Shown here: positions 8,744-18,427 of the stretch, piece after piece
Numbering within the stretch: position 1 is the stretch's first letter
Layout: every line of letters begins with the position of its first letter
Assembly: GCA_015661075.1 (NCBI GenBank)
Contig: JACVQJ010000003.1
Span: 28,623-92,622, forward strand
Direction: 5' to 3'
DNA from: Parachlamydiales bacterium
Lineage (GTDB): Bacteria > Chlamydiota > Chlamydiia > Chlamydiales > SM23-39
DNA length: 64,000 nucleotides
The notes under the pieces: generated by a model
What the model saw: only the letters and a program-made list of their open reading frames with translations
What the model was told of the DNA's origin: nothing
Databases searched by the model: none
Made by a program: the position numbers and the translations under genes

Positions 8744-9438
8744 TTTTTTGCCTTTAATAGCCCTAATTTTACAAACCCGTCCCTAAGCGGAGCATTTTCT
8801 TTTTTGTCCAGAGCCCCGCTCGTGTCCAGCCATTCGACGTAATCCTTCGGAACATCAGCCAGATTTTTACCCTGGTGTTTTCCGAAGGGCATGCGAGTCA
8901 TATCCTGAGGCCGGCTGAGAAGTTCGATGACCGTATTGAGGGGAAGGTCATCGATCATTTTGCTAAAAACCTGATGAAGTACAATCACGTCATCTAACGC
9001 CCTGTGCGCCTGGTTCGATTCGATTTTATATACTTCGCGTAAGAATTGGAGGTTATGTCGAGGCAGGTCAGTGCGGTATTTGCGAGACCATTTCAGTGAG
9101 TCGATATACTTCCATTCAGGCGGCTTGCGATTGATCCTTTGAAATTCGTCTTCTAAAAACAGCTGATCGAAGGCGTCATTGTTGTGAGCAATCAATACCG
9201 TGTCTCCTAGGCAAAAAGAAACGAATTCGTCCGCCACCGAGCCAAATGCAGGCGCATCCTTGACCATTTCGTCCGTGATGTGGCTGATGGCGGAGGATTC
9301 GGGGGGAATGGGGCATTGGGGGTTGATCAGGGATGCGAATGTTTTGTTTTGAACCGGGTCATACGCTGCTATCTCAATCACCCGATCTTTCCCGGGGCGT
9401 ACACCTGTCGTTTCCGTGTCATAATAAATGGGGCGCAT
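8740..9438 (-). CDS. DEDDh 3'-5' exonuclease (DnaQ/epsilon-like) with C-terminal DUF3820-like tail
   Basis: Exo motifs ..YYDTETTG.., ..IAHNNDAFDQLFL.., ..HRALDDV... The C-terminal ..MPFGKHQGKNLADVPKDYVEWL.. resembles the DUF3820 tail seen on such exonucleases. Confidence 0.85.
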   Translation of the reverse strand: MRPIYYDTETTGVRPGKDRVIEIAAYDPVQNKTFASLINPQCPIPPESSAISHITDEMVKDAPAFGSVADEFVSFCLGDTVLIAHNNDAFDQLFLEDEFQRINRKPPEWKYIDSLKWSRKYRTDLPRHNLQFLREVYKIESNQAHRALDDVIVLHQVFSKMIDDLPLNTVIELLSRPQDMTRMPFGKHQGKNLADVPKDYVEWLDTSGALDKKENAPLRDGFVKLGLLKAKK

Positions 9439-9586
9439 AAAAACCTTTTAAACAACGCCACATCTAACCCGAATCGTAAATTTTTCGCAATGGTCCCGTA
9501 GCCGATTTTTGGTTCATCAGGCTCATCCTCTTTCCTTTTTTCTATAAAATGAGGTATCTTTAAGCAGACAATTTAGATTTGAGCCT

Positions 9587-9751
9587 ATGAAAAAATATTT
9601 GATCCTATTTTCAATGATTTGCCTGTGCGGCTGTTTTCAGACCTCGACCGATGATAGCGAGCTGAGGACCGTTCCCGTAACGAATAATCCCCACATTATC
9701 CCGAATCATGGATCATCGATCCCGGGCATGGGAGAATCAACCCCCTACTAG
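9587..9751 (+). CDS. small putative lipoprotein (54 aa), below the ORF-track size cutoff
   Basis: My translation: MKKYLILFSMICLCGCFQTSTDDSELRTVPVTNNPHIIPNHGSSIPGMGESTPY*. Signal-peptide-like N-terminus with a lipobox-like LCGC. It ends 8 nt before the likely true pdhA start. Confidence 0.4.
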   Translation: MKKYLILFSMICLCGCFQTSTDDSELRTVPVTNNPHIIPNHGSSIPGMGESTPY

Positions 9752-9758
9752 ACTGGAA

Positions 9759-10778
9759 ATGATGGCTATCGGCCGGGATAAGAGTTTTTTTACCTTCGAT
9801 TTACAAAAAGTGATCGATGAGCTGGGCTGCGATGCTCTATTGGCCCATCTTCAAAAAATGCTCTTGATCCGGAACCTGGAAATCCGCGGCGAGGCGGCCT
9901 ATCAAAATGGTAAAGTAGGTGGATTTTACCACTCATATATCGGACAGGAAGCCATTCAGACGGGTTGCGTGGCGGCTGCAGGAGATCAACACTGGTATAC
10001 CACCACATACCGATGCCATGCGCTCGCCCTGCTTTTGGGGGCGACACCGAATGAAATCATGGCCGAGCTATTTGGCAAGGAAACGGGGAATGCCAAGGGC
10101 CGCGGCGGATCCATGCACCTTTTTACCGATCGATTGCTGGGCGGATTGGCAATCGTCGGCGGCCAGGTCCCCATTGCGACCGGAGCCGCTTTTAGCATAA
10201 AATATCAGAAGCAAAAGGGGATGGCCTCGTTCTGTTTTTTGGGTGAGGGCGCTGTGGCTCAGGGCGCATTTCACGAATCGCTGAACCTGGCCTCTTTGTG
10301 GAACCTTCCCGCCATCTATGTCATTGAAAATAACCACTGGGGAATGGGCACAGCCGCGAATCGCGCGATCGCAGTTGACCCAATTGCGGATCATTTATCT
10401 AAAAGCTATGACATGCGCTCTATTCGGGTCGATGGAATGGATTTTTTCGCCTGCTATGCCGCTTTTAAGGAAGCTCTAGCCGTTGTATTGAAGACATCGA
10501 GGCCGATTCTGATCGAGGCCGATACGCAGCGCTTCCGCGGCCATTCGATCTCGGATCCCGGCCAGTATCGCTCCAAAGAAGAGCTGCGCTGGGCGATGGA
10601 GCGCGATCCGATTGCGCTCATGAAAACTGTTTTGATCCTGCATAATATGCTTACGGAAGAAGAGTTTAGAAAAATGGACTTAGAACAGCGAGACAAGGTG
10701 CTTGCGGCCGTTTCCTTTGCCGAGGCAAGTCCCTGGCCATCGACTGTTAGTCTCGAAGAAGGAGTGATGGCGCCATAA
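9759..10778 (+). CDS. pdhA: pyruvate dehydrogenase E1 component alpha subunit
   Basis: TPP-binding E1-alpha blocks (..YHSYIGQEA.., ..GGSMH.., ..FLGEGAVAQGAFHESLN..IYVIENNHWGMGT..). Start moved from 9708 to the MMAIGRDK methionines (9759) so it does not overlap the small lipoprotein ORF. Confidence 0.9.
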   Translation: MMAIGRDKSFFTFDLQKVIDELGCDALLAHLQKMLLIRNLEIRGEAAYQNGKVGGFYHSYIGQEAIQTGCVAAAGDQHWYTTTYRCHALALLLGATPNEIMAELFGKETGNAKGRGGSMHLFTDRLLGGLAIVGGQVPIATGAAFSIKYQKQKGMASFCFLGEGAVAQGAFHESLNLASLWNLPAIYVIENNHWGMGTAANRAIAVDPIADHLSKSYDMRSIRVDGMDFFACYAAFKEALAVVLKTSRPILIEADTQRFRGHSISDPGQYRSKEELRWAMERDPIALMKTVLILHNMLTEEEFRKMDLEQRDKVLAAVSFAEASPWPSTVSLEEGVMAP

Positions 10779-11758
10779 TGGGACTGCAAACTGTAGAGAT
10801 CCGCGAAGCCCTGCGCCAAGCCCTCGATGAGGAAATGGCTCGCGATGAGAGGGTGTTTCTCATCGGCGAAGAGGTCGGCGAGTATAACGGCGCCTATAAG
10901 GTGTCGAAGGGCTTGCTGGACAAATGGGGGCCCATGCGCGTTCTGGATACGCCCATTTCTGAAAATGGCTTTACGGGCTTGGCCATCGGCGCTGCAATGA
11001 CGGGGCTAAGGCCCGTCGTCGAGTACATGAGCTGGAACTTTTCGTTCGTCGCCGCGGATCAGCTCATTTCAAATGCTTGTAAGATGCACTACATGTCAGG
11101 CGGAAGGTTCAACGTGCCTATCGTGCTGCGCGGCTGCAACGGTTCGGCGGCGCAGGTCTCCTGCCAACATTCCCACTGCGTCGAAGCGATCTATGGCAAT
11201 TTGCCCGGCTGGGTCATTGTGTCTCCGAGCAATGCCTACGATGCCAAAGGCCTGCTCAAGGCAGCGATCCGCTTCAACAATCCCGTCCTGTTCCTGGAAA
11301 ATGAGCTGGATTACGGGGATAAAATGGATATACCCCAAGATGAGTACATCGTCGAGATCGGAAAGGGAAAAGTGATCAAAGAGGGTCGTGATGCGACCAT
11401 CGTCTCTTACTCCCGCATGCTGAAATCCTGCGTTGCGGCGGCCCGCGAGATGGAAAAAAATGGATATTCGATCGAAATTATCGATTTGCGCACCGTCAAG
11501 CCGGTGGATATCGCCCTGATTGCGGCCTCGATTCGCAAGACGCATCGATGCCTTCTCGTCGAAGAAGGTCACCGCTTTGCCGGCATTTGCGCGGAGATCG
11601 GCTTTCAGATCATGGAACATTGCTTTGACGATCTCGATGTCCCATTAGAAAGGGTTTGCCAGAGAGAAACGCCGATGCCCTATTCAAAAGTGCTGGAACA
11701 GGAAACCATACCGAATCCGGAGCGGATCACCGCTGCTCTTAAACGATTATTTAATTGA
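10778..11758 (+). CDS. pdhB: pyruvate dehydrogenase E1 component beta subunit
   Basis: 326 aa with typical E1-beta/transketolase-like sequence (..EEVGEYNGAYKVSKGL..DTPISE..). The start abuts the pdhA stop. Confidence 0.95.
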   Translation: MGLQTVEIREALRQALDEEMARDERVFLIGEEVGEYNGAYKVSKGLLDKWGPMRVLDTPISENGFTGLAIGAAMTGLRPVVEYMSWNFSFVAADQLISNACKMHYMSGGRFNVPIVLRGCNGSAAQVSCQHSHCVEAIYGNLPGWVIVSPSNAYDAKGLLKAAIRFNNPVLFLENELDYGDKMDIPQDEYIVEIGKGKVIKEGRDATIVSYSRMLKSCVAAAREMEKNGYSIEIIDLRTVKPVDIALIAASIRKTHRCLLVEEGHRFAGICAEIGFQIMEHCFDDLDVPLERVCQRETPMPYSKVLEQETIPNPERITAALKRLFN

Positions 11759-11764
11759 GGATCT

Positions 11765-13042
11765 ATGCCTTTTATTCTCACCATGCCGAAGCTGTCCCCG
11801 ACAATGGAAGAGGGAACCATCGCCCAATGGCATAAAAAAGCCGGCGATCATATTCAGTCCGGCCAATTGCTGCTGGAAGTAGCGACCGATAAGGCGACGA
11901 TTGAATACAACGCTTTGGATGATGGGTATCTAAGGAAAATTCTCGTGAATGAGGGGCAAACGGCTGCGGTGAATCAGCCGATTGCGGTGTTTACCGTTCA
12001 GCCCCATGAAAGTATTGAAGGATTTCCGGCGGCATCTTCAGCTATGAAAGAATCTTCAGTGCCTTATACAGTTGCTCCCGTAGCCAAGGCAGTCACAGGC
12101 GCTGCCATGCAGCAGCCGGCATTCGTTCCTGAGCCGCCGCTCAAAAATTATCAATTTGCGTTTCCGACGGGTAATATTTCCGAGCGCGTATTGGCCTCTC
12201 CGCTGGCCAAAAAAATGGCGAAGGAAAGGGGATTGGATTTATCGACCATTAAGGGGTCGGGTCCGAAGGGGCGGATTGTCAGCCGCGATCTGGATCTGGC
12301 CCAGCCCAACCTGGCTGTGACCTTTGGCCGGCGCGAGATGCCGGATGTGCTGCCGGGAACATACGAAGAAGTGGCGTTAAGCCCGATGCGGAAGATCGTG
12401 GGGCTGCGATTGCAGGAAGCGAAAACGTTCATTCCCCATTTTTATATCCGCCAGGAAATCGATGCGGCCGCGCTCACCCTCGTGCGCGAACAGCTAAAAT
12501 CCTACAACATTCACTTGACTGTCAATGATTTCATCATTCGTGCGGCGGCGTTGTCCTTGCGCGATCATCCGAGTGTCAATAGCGGCTTTCATTCCGTCCA
12601 TCAGACGATCATTCAGTTTAAGACGGTTGACATTTCTGTCGCGGTCACTGTAGACGGGGGATTGGTGACTCCCATCATCCGCCATGCGGATTACAAAAAT
12701 ATCGGAGAGATCTCCGTGGAAGTGAAGGAACTGGCCGCGAGGGCCAAGTCCGGCAAACTGGAGGTCCATGAATATAAAGGCGGCTCGTTCACGATTTCCA
12801 ATCTGGGCATGTACGGCATCACCGATTTTGCTCCCATCCTCAATCCGCCCCAAGCGGCTATTTTAGGCGTCGGCGGTATTGAAGATTGCGTGCGGATCAA
12901 GGCCAATGGCAAAGCGTCGGCCGGCAAGAAGATGAATCTGATTCTTTCCCTCGATCATCGCGTCGTCGATGGCGCCGAGGGCGCCAAACTGATCAAGACG
13001 ATTCAGAAATATCTGGAAAATCCGGCCGTTTTGCTTATTTAA
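11765..13042 (+). CDS. pdhC: dihydrolipoamide acetyltransferase (E2)
   Basis: N-terminal lipoyl domain (..LLEVATDKATIE..), an E3-binding segment (..ASPLAKKMAKERGLDL..) and a catalytic domain with ..SLDHRVVDGA... Confidence 0.9.
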   Translation: MPFILTMPKLSPTMEEGTIAQWHKKAGDHIQSGQLLLEVATDKATIEYNALDDGYLRKILVNEGQTAAVNQPIAVFTVQPHESIEGFPAASSAMKESSVPYTVAPVAKAVTGAAMQQPAFVPEPPLKNYQFAFPTGNISERVLASPLAKKMAKERGLDLSTIKGSGPKGRIVSRDLDLAQPNLAVTFGRREMPDVLPGTYEEVALSPMRKIVGLRLQEAKTFIPHFYIRQEIDAAALTLVREQLKSYNIHLTVNDFIIRAAALSLRDHPSVNSGFHSVHQTIIQFKTVDISVAVTVDGGLVTPIIRHADYKNIGEISVEVKELAARAKSGKLEVHEYKGGSFTISNLGMYGITDFAPILNPPQAAILGVGGIEDCVRIKANGKASAGKKMNLILSLDHRVVDGAEGAKLIKTIQKYLENPAVLLI

Positions 13043-13959
13043 AGCCAGCGGTTTTTGATGAATAGCAGCATGGCAAAGAGCGAAAAAACGCCTGCGGTGG
13101 AAAGAATGATCATAAAGGCGTGGGGATAGTCTTTGAAAGGCACGGCCACGTTCATGCCATAGATCGAGGCGATCATGGTCGGTATGCTCAAAATGATCGT
13201 GATCGCGGTCAGTCGTTTGATGGTCTTGTTGACGTCGTTGGTAAAAATAATCTGATACGAGTCGCGCAAGCTGCGGATGCTTTTTACGTTGACGTGGCAG
13301 AGTTCCTCGGATTGGGTGATGGCGATGACCTGCTCCTGCAATTGCTCGCGGTCTTTATCGGCCAGTTCCAGATAATTGTGCGTAGCCAGGGCCTCTAGCA
13401 GATTGCGCATGGAGACCAGGGCGGTTAGATATTGATTGAGGGTCTCTTCATTCTTTGTCAGAGCGATGATTGCGTCGCTGTCGATCATGCGCGTGGGTTG
13501 TTCGTGCAATAAAATCGAATGGCGGACCTGTTTGATGCTCGTTGTGAATTGATGGGAGATTCTCGCCAAAAGATAGAGCAGCAGCATAGATCGGTTCGTT
13601 GTCGGGATATCGATATTGGAAAGAAGCATGTGGTTGATCAGCGGATTGGAATAGGGCGAGATCGCGATCAGGTATTTTTTTGTGAGAATCAAAGTCAAAG
13701 GTTCGGCATGCAGGCCCACCTCCTGTTCCCCGGGATGGCGGGTGAATAGAATGAGATTGTCCCCATGCTGCTCGACGCGGGGGATTTCATATTTGTCAAT
13801 GCTTCCATGAATATCGCCGATCTCGTGGGAGACGAGCTGATCGATTTGATCGAGATCTTCTAATGAGGCCTGCTTGACATAGACAAAACAGCCGAGGCAG
13901 TAATTCGCGATGGGATTGAATTCATTGTCGTGTTCTGTTTTTAAATATATTTCAATCAT
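13039..13959 (-). CDS. corA: CorA-family divalent cation transporter
   Basis: Two C-terminal TM helices with the ..IASIYGMNVAVPF.. (GMN) signature. Convergent 4-nt overlap with pdhC. Confidence 0.8.
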   Translation of the reverse strand: MIEIYLKTEHDNEFNPIANYCLGCFVYVKQASLEDLDQIDQLVSHEIGDIHGSIDKYEIPRVEQHGDNLILFTRHPGEQEVGLHAEPLTLILTKKYLIAISPYSNPLINHMLLSNIDIPTTNRSMLLLYLLARISHQFTTSIKQVRHSILLHEQPTRMIDSDAIIALTKNEETLNQYLTALVSMRNLLEALATHNYLELADKDREQLQEQVIAITQSEELCHVNVKSIRSLRDSYQIIFTNDVNKTIKRLTAITIILSIPTMIASIYGMNVAVPFKDYPHAFMIILSTAGVFSLFAMLLFIKNRWL

Positions 13960-14026
13960 GAACCTGGTCCCCTTTAATTTTCTTCATAGGGGCTGTCAGG
14001 GAATAAAGTAAAGGCAACTGTTTAGA

Positions 14027-14196
14027 GAGCCATTCCCGATGTGCCTCTTCGACGATATTCGGAATCTTTTCGACGATTTTACGCCCATTTTTCCGAAGTC
14101 CATATAACTCAAGGAGATATTGGACTTCGGAAAATGGGGTAAACTCGTTCGAAAATATCCCGAATCTCCCCGAAGAATTCACATCGGGAATGGCTC
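14027..14196 (-). mobile_element. family B MITE-like palindromic element, copy 1 (170 bp)
   Basis: Terminal inverted repeats gagccattcccgatgtg / cacatcgggaatggctc. Imperfectly palindromic interior. Flanked by the perfect 5-bp direct repeat ttaga (14022-14026 and 14197-14201). Inverted relative to copy 2. Confidence 0.9.
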
Positions 14197-14203
14197 TTAG
14201 ATA

Positions 14204-15250
14204 CTACTCGTCAGCTTTTTCAAGTTCAGCGATTTTCTTTTCCAGCTGCTTGATGCGCTCGACATATCCTTCGAGTCTCCGCACGTGTACTTCCTGGCGA
14301 TTGAATTCATTCACCGGAATCGCGGGGCTTCCGCGGTATTTGCCGGATTTAATTGATTTGCTCACGCCGCTGCGCGTGGCAATCATGGTCATATCATCGA
14401 TCTCGACATGTCCCAATACGCCCGCCTGGCCTCCCATCATGACATGATGGCCCGTTTTGGCTGATCCGGCGATGCCGGTTTGCGCGGCAATGAGATTGTA
14501 GGCGCCGATCTCGACGTTGTGGGCAATTTGAACTAGGTTGTCGATCTTCGTTCCCCGGCGGATGATCGTCATGTCAAAGCGGGAACGGTCGATCGTGGTA
14601 TTCGCTCCGATTTCGACATCGTCTTCAATTACGACAATGCCGAGCTGCTCGAGTTTATGATGGCAGCCGGTTTTATCGGTCGTATATCCAAATCCGCACG
14701 AGCCGATGATGGCGCCGCTTTGCAATATGACGCGATGGCCAATGCAGCAGCGCTCACGGACTACGCAGGATGGATAAATGTGGCCGTCTTGGCCGATTTC
14801 AACATGGGCGCCAATAAAAGTGTGGGCGTCGATGCGAGTCCTGTCTCCGATCCGGACGTGGGCGTCGATCACCGCGTAGGGACCCACCGAAACGCCAGCA
14901 CCGAGGATAGCGCTTGGGTCGATCATGGCCGTGGGATGGATTCCGGTAAACGCTGTTTGCATTTGACTGGAGATGAAAAGCTCGATGATTTGCTGGAATA
15001 CACGCGATGGATCATCGCATACGAAATAATTTTTGCCGCTGTCCGTGGGCGTTTGCCGATCGATGCAAATCACTCCGGCGGCGCTCTCTTTCATCGCCTC
15101 CCGATAGCGGGGATTGGCTAAAAAAGACGCCTCGACGCTCGTTGCTTTGTCTATGGCGTTAGCGCCTGAGATCACGTGCAACGGATTGCCGATCAACTCG
15201 ACTCGGAGTTGATCGGCTAATTCAGCCAGAGTAAAACTCTTTACCTGCAT
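14204..15250 (-). CDS. lpxD: UDP-3-O-acylglucosamine N-acyltransferase
   Basis: 348 aa. Left-handed beta-helix hexapeptide repeats plus a C-terminal helix. Conserved chlamydial context lpxD-skp-bamA. Confidence 0.92.
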   Translation of the reverse strand: MQVKSFTLAELADQLRVELIGNPLHVISGANAIDKATSVEASFLANPRYREAMKESAAGVICIDRQTPTDSGKNYFVCDDPSRVFQQIIELFISSQMQTAFTGIHPTAMIDPSAILGAGVSVGPYAVIDAHVRIGDRTRIDAHTFIGAHVEIGQDGHIYPSCVVRERCCIGHRVILQSGAIIGSCGFGYTTDKTGCHHKLEQLGIVVIEDDVEIGANTTIDRSRFDMTIIRRGTKIDNLVQIAHNVEIGAYNLIAAQTGIAGSAKTGHHVMMGGQAGVLGHVEIDDMTMIATRSGVSKSIKSGKYRGSPAIPVNEFNRQEVHVRRLEGYVERIKQLEKKIAELEKADE

Positions 15251-15255
15251 GCCGA

Positions 15256-15861
15256 TTAACCTGCGTGTTGATCGGACGTTTCTTTTCCGGCATTTTCGTC
15301 AGGCTGCTCTTCGCTGTTATCAGAGAGCTTTTTCGATTTGGAGTCGACATCGAAATTCTTGTCCATTTCTGAAATGACCTGCTGGGTCAATTCCAGATCG
15401 GGCCGATAGTAAAAACAGGCTTCTTTGTTGATCACGTAATCGAGTTTTTTGTCTTTAGCGACTTTTTCAGAAGCGCGGGTAATCTGAGCGCTCATTTTAT
15501 GTACGAGCTGCATTTGCGCTTGCTGCATGACCTGGTAGAATTGCCCTTGATAGCGAGAGAGGTCTTCGTTCAAGGTCTGAAAGCGCGCTTTCATCTCTTC
15601 TTCGGCTTTCGGAGACAGGCTGTCGAGATATTCGCTGTCTTCAAATTTGGCAGACAGGTCTTTGAGTTCCTTTTCAGTATCGTCGATTAAAGAGGACAGC
15701 TGCTTGCGCAGGCTCTCAAAGTTTTCCTGCTCTTTTTTGCCGTATTTGGAATTGGTAATGCAGGTCGAGAAATTGACGACCGATGTAGCGTCGGCAGCGC
15801 TCAGAGAAAATGTGACTCCGCATGCTGCAGCGACCCATGGTAAATATTTTCTTAGAAACAT
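15256..15861 (-). CDS. skp: OmpH/Skp-family periplasmic chaperone
   Basis: Signal peptide followed by a long charged coiled-coil. Located between bamA and lpxD. Confidence 0.8.
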   Translation of the reverse strand: MFLRKYLPWVAAACGVTFSLSAADATSVVNFSTCITNSKYGKKEQENFESLRKQLSSLIDDTEKELKDLSAKFEDSEYLDSLSPKAEEEMKARFQTLNEDLSRYQGQFYQVMQQAQMQLVHKMSAQITRASEKVAKDKKLDYVINKEACFYYRPDLELTQQVISEMDKNFDVDSKSKKLSDNSEEQPDENAGKETSDQHAG

Positions 15862-15913
15862 GAAATCACCCTCATTGTTAATTGATTGATTGCCAACGCA
15901 AGAATAAAGAAGC

Positions 15914-18340
15914 TCAGAACTGGCCTCCCATCGAGAAAAATAATTTTTGCCGATCGTCTAGATGGGCCGGATTGATCGCATAGCCATATCCCAGCACGAT
16001 CGGAGTTCCTTTGTTGATCTCGAGGCGAACCCCGGCGCCTGTACCGCAGCGCAATGTGTGCACCGACCAAGTGTCGAGCGTCACACTGCCGGCATCGAAG
16101 AAGAAAAAGACGTCGAGCATGCGCAAAAGCGAATAGTTGTATTCCGCAGATAGCAGGCAGGATGAAAAACCGCCAGTAGGAGTTTGGGTAAATTCTTCGA
16201 CTTGCTGGCCATGCTCATTCGTATATGTATAGTGAATTTTGGGGCCGAGAATAGATGGCTTATAGCCACGGACCGTCGATTCACCGCCCAAAAAGAAGCG
16301 TTCACTATAGGGAACATTTTTCATGGGCTCGCGCTCGCCGTATGGAGTAATGAAGCGCGCCTCGCCCCGGATTTTGAAGGTGCTGTTTGCTGTGACAGGG
16401 AAATAGATCGAATTCAAATAACTGACCTTCCAGAAATGAAACTTACCGCCTACGCCGGCCATTTCTCCCTCGAGATAGGATCGCCAGCCGCGATGGGGTT
16501 TCGCGGAGCTGTCAGTCGAGTCATACGCGATGTTCGCGCTGATGGCGGACAAAAAGCCTTTTCCCTGATTCCTTGATTTTGCTTCCCAGTAGGATTTTGA
16601 CTCTTCGCCATCCTTGGGCTTATGGATTTTTATCGAGTTTTGGGTGTGGCGCAGACGATCGCGTACACCCGCCGTCCAATAAACGGAGAGGGGATAGTTG
16701 AGTAGAACGGTTCCACCGTATGTGCTCACTCTGGAGTTTTTAGACTGGAGTTCGCTAAAGGTCTGGCTTAGTTCGACCCCAAAACGCCACAAAGTGTCGT
16801 TGACATAGGGGTTCATCCAGGAAAGGAGGATGTTTTCTTCTTTTTTGCCGAGAGTCGCCCGCGCATGGAAATACTGGCCGCCGCCGCGCAGAGAACTCAT
16901 CTGGCCATGCAAGGCCCGCCCCAAGCCGGCGATATTGAAATTGCGCTCCGTCAGATCCAGGCCGCCAAAAATACTGTCCATCGAGCTGAAACCCATGAAC
17001 AGACTGACATTGCCCGTCGTCGTCTCTTCCACTTCGATGTATACATCGCGGTAATTGTCACCGAGGCCGGCATCATCGCTGGTGCGGACCGCATAGACAT
17101 TGACGGTTTTAAAATAGCCGATCGCTTCGAGGCGCTGCTGGGTAGCCTTCAGTTTTCTGGAATCGAACGTTTCGCCCGGAACCAGCAATGACTCGCGCAG
17201 AATGACGTTATTCTTGGTCGAATGGTTGCCGAATATGTGGACCAGTCCGATCTTGTATTGCTGTCCTTCATCGATGACAAAATCGACATTGAAGATGGGG
17301 TCGTTTTCGCAAAGAGGCGTTTCAAATTGGACGCTGGCATCGATATATCCCTTCTGGCCGTATAAATCTTTCATGGCCTGGGCGCTGTCGCGTATTTTGT
17401 CCGGCGAAAAGATGTCGCCCTCGTGGACCAAAGCCCGTTTCATCACTTCATCGGTGGTAAGAACCGAATGGCCGCTCACATGAACCTGACCAATATGATA
17501 CTGGATCCCGCGATTCGCAGTAATGTCGACGATGATTTTGTCGCTGACGGGATCGTCGAGGATTTGAATATCAACCGCAGCATCGGCATAACCTCTGTTA
17601 TGCAGATAATTCAGGATCGTCATCTTGTCTTGTTCAAGCGCTTCGTCGCGGAACTTTCCGACGCCAGTCAGCCAGCTCGTAAAAAAGTTGTATTTCTTCA
17701 AATAGATCGCATCGCCGAGATCGCTCTGCTCGGATTTTGAAAATCCCTTAAATACGATTTTCTTGATGTTGCCGGATTTCCCTTCCTTCACATCGATCAC
17801 AATATCGATTTCATTGGTGTTTTCAATCGGGCGGATCGTGTAGGAAAGCTGCGATTCGAAATAGCCTTTTTTGATGTAGTAGTCCTTCACTTTGTTGAAG
17901 GCCTTGTTGAATTCCTGCCGGTTGAAAATGGTGTAGGGCTTGATCTCGAGTTCTTTTTGCAATGTGCCGGTGGAATAGCGCTCGTTGCCGGCAAACACGA
18001 TCTGATGGATGATGGGCCGAGGAGTCAGTCGGATCGTGATGACGAGATTTTCATCCTGAACGCGGAGCGTTGGTTGAACGCGGTCGTATTCCTCGGACAG
18101 GGATTTCAGGTCGTTGTCGAAGGTGAACTGGGAAAAGTCGTCGCCCTCTTTGGTCTTGAGCTTGGTCAAGACGGGTTTTGGATCAAACGATGTGTTGGAC
18201 TCTGGCGAATCGTATTCGACCTGGATGCGAGAGACTTTTTTCTCTTCATAGAGTTCGGCGCCGCTCAAAGGAATGGCAGCGGAGGCAAACAGGCAGGATA
18301 GCACAACGGTAGAGCGGATCAGGAATGTGTTTTTTGACAT
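15914..18340 (-). CDS. bamA: outer membrane protein assembly factor BamA (Omp85)
   Basis: POTRA repeats plus a C-terminal beta-barrel ending ..FFSMGGQF. Start moved to MSKNTFLIRSTVVLSCLFASAA (signal peptide) at 18340. Confidence 0.92.
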   Translation of the reverse strand: MSKNTFLIRSTVVLSCLFASAAIPLSGAELYEEKKVSRIQVEYDSPESNTSFDPKPVLTKLKTKEGDDFSQFTFDNDLKSLSEEYDRVQPTLRVQDENLVITIRLTPRPIIHQIVFAGNERYSTGTLQKELEIKPYTIFNRQEFNKAFNKVKDYYIKKGYFESQLSYTIRPIENTNEIDIVIDVKEGKSGNIKKIVFKGFSKSEQSDLGDAIYLKKYNFFTSWLTGVGKFRDEALEQDKMTILNYLHNRGYADAAVDIQILDDPVSDKIIVDITANRGIQYHIGQVHVSGHSVLTTDEVMKRALVHEGDIFSPDKIRDSAQAMKDLYGQKGYIDASVQFETPLCENDPIFNVDFVIDEGQQYKIGLVHIFGNHSTKNNVILRESLLVPGETFDSRKLKATQQRLEAIGYFKTVNVYAVRTSDDAGLGDNYRDVYIEVEETTTGNVSLFMGFSSMDSIFGGLDLTERNFNIAGLGRALHGQMSSLRGGGQYFHARATLGKKEENILLSWMNPYVNDTLWRFGVELSQTFSELQSKNSRVSTYGGTVLLNYPLSVYWTAGVRDRLRHTQNSIKIHKPKDGEESKSYWEAKSRNQGKGFLSAISANIAYDSTDSSAKPHRGWRSYLEGEMAGVGGKFHFWKVSYLNSIYFPVTANSTFKIRGEARFITPYGEREPMKNVPYSERFFLGGESTVRGYKPSILGPKIHYTYTNEHGQQVEEFTQTPTGGFSSCLLSAEYNYSLLRMLDVFFFFDAGSVTLDTWSVHTLRCGTGAGVRLEINKGTPIVLGYGYAINPAHLDDRQKLFFSMGGQF

Positions 18341-18427
18341 ATGATTTCTTTCGTTTCCAAAAATCGCAGCGAATAGTTGACCCATGTTAGGTCAATACCT
18401 TGAAAAATGCAAACGAAAGAGCGGACT

